Source of the DNA: Spirochaetia bacterium
Lineage (GTDB): Bacteria; Spirochaetota; Spirochaetia; SZUA-6; Bin103
Length of the DNA stretch: 64,000 bases
Assembly: GCA_965203515.1 (NCBI GenBank)
Contig: OZ241907.1
Coordinates: 1,728,001 to 1,792,000 of the forward strand
Reading direction: 5' to 3'
Positions 1 through 10,979 of this stretch are shown in pieces (position 1 is the stretch's first letter; every line of letters begins with the position of its first letter). The notes under the pieces are model-generated. The model had not been told where the DNA came from. It made no database searches and was given only the letters and a program-made list of their open reading frames with translations. The position numbers and the translations under genes are program-made.

Positions 1-647
1 GATGATCCAGCACCACTCGCCAATCGAAGCCGAGGTGCGGCCCCCAGCCGTCGGCGTCCGGGTCCCGAAACACGGAGATCGATTGGCCCGTGAGCAGGTG
101 CCACACGTAGCGGGATTCGCTCTGATCGCGGAAGAAGCTCTCGTACGGCCTCCTTCGGAATACCTTCCTCGCACCGTACTTGAGCAATCCGGGCAAGCCG
201 ATCTCGTTCGGCACCGAGATGAGCAGCGTGCCGCCGGGCTTGCACGAGGCGAGCAGCGTGTCGATAGCATTCGGGACGTTGCCTACGTGCTCCAACGTCT
301 CGAAGCAGGTGACGACGTCGAACAGACGCTCCCCGGGGGGGGGGGGGGGGGGGGGCGTTGAGATCGACGTAATCGAACACGGCGTTGTCGATGTTGCGAG
401 CCTTCGCCGCGGCCAGCAGATCGGACGAGTGATCGAAGCCGAACAGGCACATCGAACCGGCTTCGGGCAGCGCTCGCAACAGTTCTGCGAAGAAGAATGC
501 GTTGGAGCACCCGAAGTCGGCGACGGCCGCCCGTACCGGTAACGAGAGCGAGCGCATGGTCTCGACGACCCGGCGCAGTCGGGCACGATGGAAGAAGCTG
601 AACGGATGAAGTCCCTTGTAGGAGCTTTCGTGTACGACCACCGCCAT
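1..647 (-). pseudogene. Class I SAM-dependent methyltransferase, frameshifted at a C21 tract (phase-variable OFF state or homopolymer error); runs off the left edge
   Basis: From ATG 647 it reads MAVVVHESSYKG...VADFGCSNAFF (motif I)...LFGFDHS...FDYVDLNA, then the tract. The continuation GERLFDVVTCFETLEHV...KPGGTLLISVPNE is in another frame. The tract is 21 G on + at 335-355. Confidence 0.8.
335..355 (+). repeat. G21 homopolymer tract inside the methyltransferase gene
   Basis: Counted directly: ccccGGGGGGGGGGGGGGGGGGGGGcgttg. Confidence 0.95.
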
Positions 648-651
648 GATC

Positions 652-2259
652 CTACGATGAGTCCACCTTTCGCGAAAGATCGGAAGTGAGGCACTCCACC
701 AGGGAGATGGCTGACAGTACGACGGCGGCCGCGAAACCGACGGTGACCTGATCGCCCGATAGGTGCTGACCGTAGTTACCGACCGAATGCAGATGGTTCA
801 CTATGAGGCTGGTAGTTCTGGTGACATACGTGCTCTGGCGTTGGGCGCGCTCAGAGCCGGTTATGAGCCGCAGTATCCGGCACTCCCGGCCTGGGGAGTC
901 GTGAGGAATCTTGCCTCGTTCGTCCGGCAGCCTCTCGATTCCTGCGTGCTTCCATTCGTCGAGCCATGCATCGGGTAGACGGCGGTCAGGTGGGAGCTCG
1001 GCGGTCCAGATCAGATGCAGCGCCCGATTGGCAATGCTCCTGATCCAGACGAGTGCACTCTCTGGAGCCGGGACGAGGTCGCGGATCGCCAAGCGCACGT
1101 AGTCGCAAAGGTCACTGTCCACGGATCCCTGCGACACTTGGTCGAGGCGCAGCTCAAGCAGCATCTGAACATGCGTCTCGAATTTGGCGGCCGTGCCCAG
1201 AAGACGGGTCAGGTCGGCAATGGCGGGTGCCTGATCCTGAGCGTAGCGCTGCATCAGGCGACAGGAACTGCGCAGTCGGTTCCTCGACTGTTGGCCGAAC
1301 CCTCGCTCCTCCAGTGCTTGCCGCCGCGGCTGAGACAGCTCGGCCAGCGGTATTTCGTCGGCAGTCAGCGCGCCGAGATCAGCACGCAATTCGCTGTCGC
1401 AATCATCCCACAATGCGTCGAGGAGCTGGCGCGGCCCGTCCAGCACCGCTTCCGCAGCATGATCTATTTCCGATTTGGAAAGACGTTGTCCGCGGTGTCC
1501 GGCCCACAGCCTCTGCAGGAGCGCGCAAACGAGCAAAGGCACCCTTCCTGTCCAGTTGGCTATCTCCTTCCGCACCGACTCGTCCAACTCGCAGCCGGCG
1601 TCACGGAGCGGCTGCAGGAACGCTTCCAGATCACGGTCGTCGAGCGCGGCCACGCGCACCGGCGTATCGTAGAATATCCCCCAGAAGTCCGAGGTCCGCG
1701 ACTCCTCCGTCTTGCACAGCTCGCGCAACGGCCGCCGGCTGCCGGTGACCAGTCGCAGACTGGTCCTCTGCGCCAGCGCGCGCAGTTGGTCCCACAGGTT
1801 CCGCGTCAACCCGGTACCGGCAAGCGCATAGTCGAAGCCATCGAGCACCGCGAGCAGGCGCACGCCGTCCTTTTCGAGTTGGTCGAATATGATGCCCAGC
1901 ACCTCATGCCTGGAAACTTCTTCGAAGTCGTCGAAATACCCCACAAGGTCTGGACAGACCCCCTGCAACGCCGCCTTGATCTCGTCCGCAAACCGCCGCA
2001 TGAATTCGTGGTCCGAGGCCGGTACCCCGCGGCGGAGATCGACGTACGCAGCGGTGACATACTGCTCGACCCCGTCCCGGTAGGTGGCGGCGGCATGGTG
2101 CAGCAGGACGGACTTTCCGTAGTGCGCCGGCCCCACGACCGACACGTGATCCGGCGACGGTTTCCGCAGGTGCTTGTCGATGCGGCTCATGAGCGCTGCG
2201 CGGCCCAGCATGGGGGGGACCGAAGGTCCCAGGACTTGGTACGGGTCAGGGTCAGGCAT
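652..2259 (-). CDS. STAND/AAA_35-like ATPase with degenerate Walker B and a C-terminal DUF4145/HEPN-like helical domain
   Basis: Motifs PY...MLGR, Walker A GPAHYGKS, Walker B LLAVLDGFD (no catalytic Glu) and C-terminal LHSVGNYGQH. ATG 2259 overlaps the upstream stop (ATGCCTGA). Confidence 0.75.
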   Translation of the reverse strand: MPDPDPYQVLGPSVPPMLGRAALMSRIDKHLRKPSPDHVSVVGPAHYGKSVLLHHAAATYRDGVEQYVTAAYVDLRRGVPASDHEFMRRFADEIKAALQGVCPDLVGYFDDFEEVSRHEVLGIIFDQLEKDGVRLLAVLDGFDYALAGTGLTRNLWDQLRALAQRTSLRLVTGSRRPLRELCKTEESRTSDFWGIFYDTPVRVAALDDRDLEAFLQPLRDAGCELDESVRKEIANWTGRVPLLVCALLQRLWAGHRGQRLSKSEIDHAAEAVLDGPRQLLDALWDDCDSELRADLGALTADEIPLAELSQPRRQALEERGFGQQSRNRLRSSCRLMQRYAQDQAPAIADLTRLLGTAAKFETHVQMLLELRLDQVSQGSVDSDLCDYVRLAIRDLVPAPESALVWIRSIANRALHLIWTAELPPDRRLPDAWLDEWKHAGIERLPDERGKIPHDSPGRECRILRLITGSERAQRQSTYVTRTTSLIVNHLHSVGNYGQHLSGDQVTVGFAAAVVLSAISLVECLTSDLSRKVDSS

Positions 2260-5200
2260 GGCGTATGGCCTCCTGGCGGGCGCGCTCCACGAGGTCGTCG
2301 AAGTCAACGTTCATCCGCAGCCAGTCGGCCATCAACGGGATGGCCAGTCGGTACGTGACCCCGCGGTTGGATTGGTCGATCTCGAGCAGCTCCAGTTCAC
2401 GGAGCTCGGTAATGTCGTCAGCGAGAGCTTCGTCATCCCGGACCGGTACACGATATTCCTCGAATTTCAGGCCGATGAGATCGCGGTTGAAGGCGTCCGG
2501 GGCGTCCGCCATACGGTCGCTGAGCGCCAGTATCAGTCTGCGCCGTTCGCTGCCGGCGTAGCCCCACAGGGTCTGGAAGTGCTCGTTGTCCCGCACCATC
2601 TCGGTTGCGGCCCGGTCCACGAGGTCACCCGTGATGATTCGTTCGCTCCCCGCGGCGGCCTGGTCGAACACCCGGCTGCAGAGCGACTGGATGAGAAACG
2701 GATGGCGCGAGCACAGTGCTACCAGCTGGTCACGCGCCTGTGGCAGGTAGCGGATTCGACGCGCGACCGGTTCGGTGACCAGCCGCCGGGCTTCCTCCTC
2801 CGGCAGCGCACTGACCCCGATCCGGTGGCCGAACCCGAACAGCGCCGACCAGTACTCTTCGCGCAGCCGCTTCAGCCTGCGGGAGCCGGTGAGGATCGCG
2901 CCCAGACCGGATTGGTGCTGCAACAGGTGACGAATGTTCTCGGGGACCTGCTGACTGGTAATACCGCCGTCGATACCATCCTGGAGCTTGTCGAACTCGT
3001 CGAGCATGAGCAGGACCCGGCGCCGGCGCGGCTTGGCGGCCTCGATCGCCGTCGACAGGTACAACGCCAACGTCTCGTAGGGGTGATCGTCGGAGAACGC
3101 GCCGCGCAATGCGGCGAGGAAGGCCAACTTGAACGGTCGCCCCGACTCCGGGGCCGGCGCATCAGGAATCCAGGTTTCGATGCCGGCGTCGGCAAGGGCA
3201 ATACCCGTCTGCCTCGCCAACAGCCTGAACACGTTGGACGTGGACATGCTGTCCATATCCTGGAACGAGCAGTAGACGGGAACCCATCCGGGAAGCGCTT
3301 CCTCTTTCCGCAACTGCTGCAGGATCGACGTCTTGCCGGTACGCCGATTCCCTTCCAGCAGGATCACGTTGGCCTGCTCACCGCCGAGATGGCGCCTGAT
3401 CTGATCCATGATGCCGTCGCGGCCGAAGAACATTTCGGCCCGGTCCACCGGAGGCCCGACGATGTAGGGACTGGCGTCGAGGTCGCCGGTAGCGGCGGCC
3501 TCATTGCCGGAGCGGACCGGCACGGAGACCTTCGTCCGGCCCTCTACGGGCGTGGCGTCGAGGCGGCGCGCCTGCCACGCCACGTCGATATCCAGCGGCT
3601 GCGTATCGTCTTGCGCCCGGACGACAAGCGGAATCTCATGCCGCTGACCTTCGGCCAAGTAGGGCACTTCTCTCACTAACGTACGATCGGCCTGACTCAC
3701 TAACGTGAGATCGGCCTGCCGCACGGTCACCCGCACCTTGCTCAGCGGCACCGGCGACAGGTTGGCAACCCGAAGCCGCACCTCAGCGACGGTGCCGGCC
3801 AGCACTTCCGCGGGTACGGTGATGTCGAGCCTGCCTCTGCGCTGCATGGCGTGGGCCTCATCCTCGACGAGACCCACCAGCCCCCAAGTAACAGAACGCA
3901 GGCGCTCACCGAGCGGATCTTCGGCCCGGTCGAGGACGCCAAGCGCCTCGCGCAACTTCGCCACAGCGAATTCGAGAACCACCAGGCGGCCTGCGCCTTC
4001 AGGAACCGAATCGAGATAGTCCAAGGAGGCAGCCGCCCTCCTCGCCGCCTCCAGCCATCTGTCGATCGCACCATCGCCGGCCGTCGGTGCGGCTGGGGGA
4101 GTATCGAGCGATCGTATCTCCGCCGCGAGCTTTGCAAGCATATCTATGCCGCGCGCGCCGTCAGAACGGCGCCCTGCCGCCAGACTCGCCGCAAGAGGTC
4201 CTTCCAGCCAGAGGGCGACCGGATGCCGCGCCATCCCGGAGAGCAGGCGGAAGAGCACGGCCAGCGCGTCTCCGCGCAGCTCGCCAAGTTCCTTGAGCAC
4301 GGCATCCTGCACCGAGACAGGCGGCACCGGAACTTTCAACGCGCGGAGCACGGGAATCGACAGATGACGAATCGTCGATCCGGTGGCGTGACCCGACAAC
4401 CAGAACCAATACGCGGGTGAGCGCAACAGGGCGGCCAGGAATCGCGGCTTGACGATCCCTTCGTGCACGCGAACGAACGCGATGGTCTCGTCGGCCATCA
4501 CCTCATACTCGTGCTCGTGCTCGTTTTCCTCAACCAGAAAGATGCTGCCTACGTTGTCCGTCATCGGGACGAGCAGGTCGCCGCCACGAAGATATGCCCG
4601 TGGGTCAGGGTTACCCAACAACGAGCTGAAATCGAAGGGCCAGGTCTGCGGCCGGCGAATACGCACATCCGTCACGTCGGCGGAGCGGAGCAGATTCGGC
4701 TCGGGTGCGTCAAAAAAATCGTTTTCCACCCCAGGAAACACCTCTGCGACCTCGTCCAGACTTTTCACCTTCAGAGAAGGGTCTGCCTTGACGAGCCGCT
4801 CGATCTCGGCGTCCAGCCGCTCGCTTCCCGACTTCTTGGCGATCAACTCGTAGTCGCGGAGCGTGAGTTCGCGCACGGGGGCGGACCATGACTCGACACC
4901 CGGCGAAGCGTAACTCGCAGACGCCTGGCGGTGATCCCCGATCATCTCGGCGACGCCCCGCGCATCTTCCTGGGCCGCCTGCCATGCCATCGGTGAGACG
5001 GTCAGAAACCGTACGGCGTCACGCGGTTCATCGCGGGAAAACACGATAACGCTCATGGATATACCGGTGAACGGCTCGAACGAGCCGGCCGGAAGCGCGA
5101 TCACATCCTGCACGCGGTATTCCGAAAGAAGCGCCTTCCTCAGAGGCAAGGAATCGGCATGGAACAGCGGCCGCTCCGGTAACGCGACTACGGCTCGTCC

Positions 5201-6130
5201 GCCGGGCCGCATGTTGGCCATCACGTGCTGCAGGAACAGCTCTTCGACGCGATAGCTGGGAAACCGGAAGCTATCGTCTTCGTCGTATAACTCGTCTTCG
5301 TCGCTCCACGGCGGGGAGGCGACGACGCAGTCGAAGACCGCCTCCGATCCGTCACTCGGCACTGCCTTTTTCAGCGCGTTACCGTACTCCAGCCCCGGGG
5401 GTTCGACCCCGGCCAACAACAGTCGGCACAGTGTGATAAGGTACGCGCGTTCCGCGACTTCGACGCCGGAAACCGCAGCCGGTCCGACATTCGATCGCGG
5501 TGATGACGGAAGCGCCGCGTTCAGCCGGCGCGATGCCCCAGCGAGCAGTTCCCCAAAGCCGAAGCACGGATCATAGACGCTTTCACCGGGTTTGAGGTCG
5601 GCCAGATCCAGCATGAGATCGGCGACCGGCGCAGGCGTGATGAACTGGCCCAGGCGATCCGCGTGCCGTTTCACCATGAACCGCAACGCGTCGTCGAATA
5701 CACCCGTCGCACGCCGGCGCCCTTCCGACGTGCTCAAATCGAGAGCGAACAACCAGTCGATTACCCGACGCATCTCGGCGCCGGTAGAAGTTCTCAATAT
5801 CACATTCGTCGCTAAATCGGAAAATCCATAAAAATCTTCGTCGATAAGATATCGATCTTGCATCCGAAACAGCCCGGCATCGACACGCTTCGCCGCCAGT
5901 ATGGCATCCGACTTTGGGGGCCTCTTCCATCTCTTTTTCTCGACCAATTCATCTATATCATCGCCTGAATCGATCTGGCCTTCGGTATCGTCCGAACCGG
6001 CGTATCCGATGAACAGTCCGGCCAGCCCCCACACTGCGCTCACAGGATGCTTCCACTCTTCGATCAGCGTCCGCAGGTCGGAACGCACCTGTTCCAAGGC
6101 TGCTTGTTCGTGCTTCCCGTCATGGTTCAT
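2252..6130 (-). CDS. N-6/HsdM-like DNA methyltransferase fused to a target-recognition domain, an Ig-like domain and a STAND-like ATPase (1292 aa)
   Basis: MTase motifs GQFITP, VYDPCFGFG, GVEV and ASPPW. HsdS-like segment ATGSTIRHLS...VPVPPVSVQ. ATPase motifs SPYIVGPPV..FFGR, Walker A GNRRTGKTS and Walker B LLMLDEFD. Confidence 0.85.
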   Translation of the reverse strand: MNHDGKHEQAALEQVRSDLRTLIEEWKHPVSAVWGLAGLFIGYAGSDDTEGQIDSGDDIDELVEKKRWKRPPKSDAILAAKRVDAGLFRMQDRYLIDEDFYGFSDLATNVILRTSTGAEMRRVIDWLFALDLSTSEGRRRATGVFDDALRFMVKRHADRLGQFITPAPVADLMLDLADLKPGESVYDPCFGFGELLAGASRRLNAALPSSPRSNVGPAAVSGVEVAERAYLITLCRLLLAGVEPPGLEYGNALKKAVPSDGSEAVFDCVVASPPWSDEDELYDEDDSFRFPSYRVEELFLQHVMANMRPGGRAVVALPERPLFHADSLPLRKALLSEYRVQDVIALPAGSFEPFTGISMSVIVFSRDEPRDAVRFLTVSPMAWQAAQEDARGVAEMIGDHRQASASYASPGVESWSAPVRELTLRDYELIAKKSGSERLDAEIERLVKADPSLKVKSLDEVAEVFPGVENDFFDAPEPNLLRSADVTDVRIRRPQTWPFDFSSLLGNPDPRAYLRGGDLLVPMTDNVGSIFLVEENEHEHEYEVMADETIAFVRVHEGIVKPRFLAALLRSPAYWFWLSGHATGSTIRHLSIPVLRALKVPVPPVSVQDAVLKELGELRGDALAVLFRLLSGMARHPVALWLEGPLAASLAAGRRSDGARGIDMLAKLAAEIRSLDTPPAAPTAGDGAIDRWLEAARRAAASLDYLDSVPEGAGRLVVLEFAVAKLREALGVLDRAEDPLGERLRSVTWGLVGLVEDEAHAMQRRGRLDITVPAEVLAGTVAEVRLRVANLSPVPLSKVRVTVRQADLTLVSQADRTLVREVPYLAEGQRHEIPLVVRAQDDTQPLDIDVAWQARRLDATPVEGRTKVSVPVRSGNEAAATGDLDASPYIVGPPVDRAEMFFGRDGIMDQIRRHLGGEQANVILLEGNRRTGKTSILQQLRKEEALPGWVPVYCSFQDMDSMSTSNVFRLLARQTGIALADAGIETWIPDAPAPESGRPFKLAFLAALRGAFSDDHPYETLALYLSTAIEAAKPRRRRVLLMLDEFDKLQDGIDGGITSQQVPENIRHLLQHQSGLGAILTGSRRLKRLREEYWSALFGFGHRIGVSALPEEEARRLVTEPVARRIRYLPQARDQLVALCSRHPFLIQSLCSRVFDQAAAGSERIITGDLVDRAATEMVRDNEHFQTLWGYAGSERRRLILALSDRMADAPDAFNRDLIGLKFEEYRVPVRDDEALADDITELRELELLEIDQSNRGVTYRLAIPLMADWLRMNVDFDDLVERARQEAIRHA

Positions 6131-6145
6131 GGCTATACCGTACGT

Positions 6146-6161
6146 AGCAGAAACCGTGCCA
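6146..6161 (-). promoter_or_regulatory. sigma54 (RpoN) -24/-12 promoter for the MTase-STAND operon
   Basis: The minus strand reads TGGCACGGTTTCTGCT (GG-N10-GC), directly after the activator stop codon and 15 nt before ATG 6130. Confidence 0.85.
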
Positions 6162-7658
<1,497 letters not shown>

Positions 7659-7659
7659 C

Positions 7660-8655
7660 TCAGCCGATCGGCTCGACCTCGACTACCTCGGAACGCTGGA
7701 AGGAGCGGACGCACGCCTCGATGACCAGTTGCGCCTGCAGCGCGTCGACGCCGGACGCGTCGATCCGCTCCGGCGGCACGCCCTGGTCGAGTTGATCGAC
7801 CCAGCGGCCGATGCGGCTGTCGAAGGTCTCGCCGAAGCCCAGCATCCCGCCCAGAAACTGATACGTCTCCGCCTCCTGGCTCTCCCGCGTGAAGAAGGTG
7901 AGGCGCTGGCACGCCTCCTCCAGCAGGAAGCGGCCCTTGGAGCCGGTCACGTCGCAGGTCTCCAGGCCGAAGCCGCCGCCGGCGTCGTAGCTGCCGGTGA
8001 GCGACCCGATCATGCCGCCGGCGAACTCCAGGACGATCTTGGCGTTCGACCAGATGGCGCGGCCCTCCCCCTGCATGAAGAACGCCGCCACCCGCCGCAC
8101 GTCGCCGGCGAAGTAGCGCATGACGTCGATCGAATGCGGGTGCAGCGCGCGGATGTGGAACCACGGCGAGGTCTCCACCGGGTTGTCGATCCACATGGTC
8201 ATGCCGATCATGTGCAGCGTCCCCAGCCGGCCCGACTCGACCCACTCCCTGGCGCGCTCGGCGGCCGGCGTGAAGCGGTGGTTGAGGTTGATGCCGTAGG
8301 GCAGTCCCTTGGACGCGGCCAGCTCGACCATCCTGCGCCCCTCGTCGATCCGGTTGGAGATCGGCTTCTCTCCCAGGACCGGGATGCCGGCTGCGAGCAG
8401 CTCCATGGTCGGGGCGAAGTGATCGCCGCCGTTCTCCTCACCCTTGGTGCAGACGCTGCACGCCGCCAGCTCGATGCCGCTGGCCAGCATGTCGGCGATC
8501 GACGTGAACGCCCGCGCGCCGTGCGCGTCCGCCAGTCGGGAAGCGCGCGCGGCGTCGACGTCGCAGACCGCCGCCACGTCGCTCTTGGGGTGCCTGGCGT
8601 ATGCTTGCGCGTGGCGGGTGCCGATGCCGCCTGCGCCGACGATTCCGATCTTCAT
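7660..8655 (-). CDS. Gfo/Idh/MocA family oxidoreductase
   Basis: IGIVGAGGIG Rossmann motif and EKP motif. Confidence 0.9.
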   Translation of the reverse strand: MKIGIVGAGGIGTRHAQAYARHPKSDVAAVCDVDAARASRLADAHGARAFTSIADMLASGIELAACSVCTKGEENGGDHFAPTMELLAAGIPVLGEKPISNRIDEGRRMVELAASKGLPYGINLNHRFTPAAERAREWVESGRLGTLHMIGMTMWIDNPVETSPWFHIRALHPHSIDVMRYFAGDVRRVAAFFMQGEGRAIWSNAKIVLEFAGGMIGSLTGSYDAGGGFGLETCDVTGSKGRFLLEEACQRLTFFTRESQEAETYQFLGGMLGFGETFDSRIGRWVDQLDQGVPPERIDASGVDALQAQLVIEACVRSFQRSEVVEVEPIG

Positions 8656-8696
8656 GTCGCGCGGCAGCTTAGCACGGCGCCCGCCCGGGGGGTGAC

Positions 8697-9497
8697 GTGA
8701 ACCGAGCGTGCGGATACGTGATCGCGAACGACGGCGTGCGGCTCCACTACGACGAAGCCGGCGTCGGCAAGGCGGCGGTGCTCATCCACGGCGGCGGCCT
8801 GAGCAACGTATGGTGGGAGCGCAACCTGCCGGCGCTCAGCGGTCGGTTCCACGTGATCGCGCCCGACACGCGCGGCTGCGGGCGCTCGCAACGCACGCCC
8901 TGGGGCCATCGCACCGCCCGCTACGCGGCGGACGTGCGGGAGATCATCCACGCCCTGGGCCTGCACGACGTGACGCTGGTCGGCTGGTCGATCGGCGCGC
9001 GCACCTGCTACTCCTACCTGGAGCTGTTCGGCGCGCACCGGCTGCGCGGCGTGGTGCTGGTCGATGAGACCGTGCACGTCTCCGTCCACCGGCCTCCCCC
9101 GCCGGGTTCGGAGCGGCAGCCGGGCGAGAGCGACGGCGATTACCGGCGGCGCAAGATGCGGGCGCTGCTGGGCCCGGTCTACGGCCCGCAGGCGACCGGC
9201 CCGGAGATCGATCGGCTGGCGAACTCCGCCTCCGACTACGCGCCGGCCGGCCAGACGCTCGGCCCCGACTACCACGCGCAGGACTGGCGCCCGCTCTGCC
9301 CGGCGATCAGGGTTCCGGTGCTGGTGGCCGCCGGCCGGCACAGCGGCGCACTCCCCGGCTGCCGCTACGCGGCCGATCACATCCCCGGCGCCCGCCTGGA
9401 GATATTCGAGCACAGCGATCACGCGCCGTTCTACTCGGAGGCGGAGCGGTTCAACCGCGTCGTCGCCGATTTCGTGAACGATCCGCTCCCGGCGTAG
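8697..9497 (+). CDS. alpha/beta fold hydrolase
   Basis: LIHGGG, DTRGCGRS, nucleophile elbow GWSIG, C-terminal His (SDHAPF). Confidence 0.9.
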   Translation: MNRACGYVIANDGVRLHYDEAGVGKAAVLIHGGGLSNVWWERNLPALSGRFHVIAPDTRGCGRSQRTPWGHRTARYAADVREIIHALGLHDVTLVGWSIGARTCYSYLELFGAHRLRGVVLVDETVHVSVHRPPPPGSERQPGESDGDYRRRKMRALLGPVYGPQATGPEIDRLANSASDYAPAGQTLGPDYHAQDWRPLCPAIRVPVLVAAGRHSGALPGCRYAADHIPGARLEIFEHSDHAPFYSEAERFNRVVADFVNDPLPA

Positions 9498-9572
9498 CCG
9501 CTCTCCGGCGGCTACGGGTCGGCGTGCGCCTGCGCATGGACGCTCGCCGGTTCGACGGCCGCTCCCGGGCGG

Positions 9573-10901
<1,329 letters not shown>

Positions 10902-10979
10902 CAGCTACCTCCGATCAGAGAATCGTCACGGACGGTACCGCCCCGCAGGCTTGCGCTCAAGGTCACCCCGATATATCCC

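Noticed and set aside
2252..6130. BREX/Pgl or DISARM assignment for the methylase-ATPase locus
   Set aside because: No PglZ, BrxC-type partner set, kinase, helicase or DrmA/B genes are adjacent, and the architecture differs.
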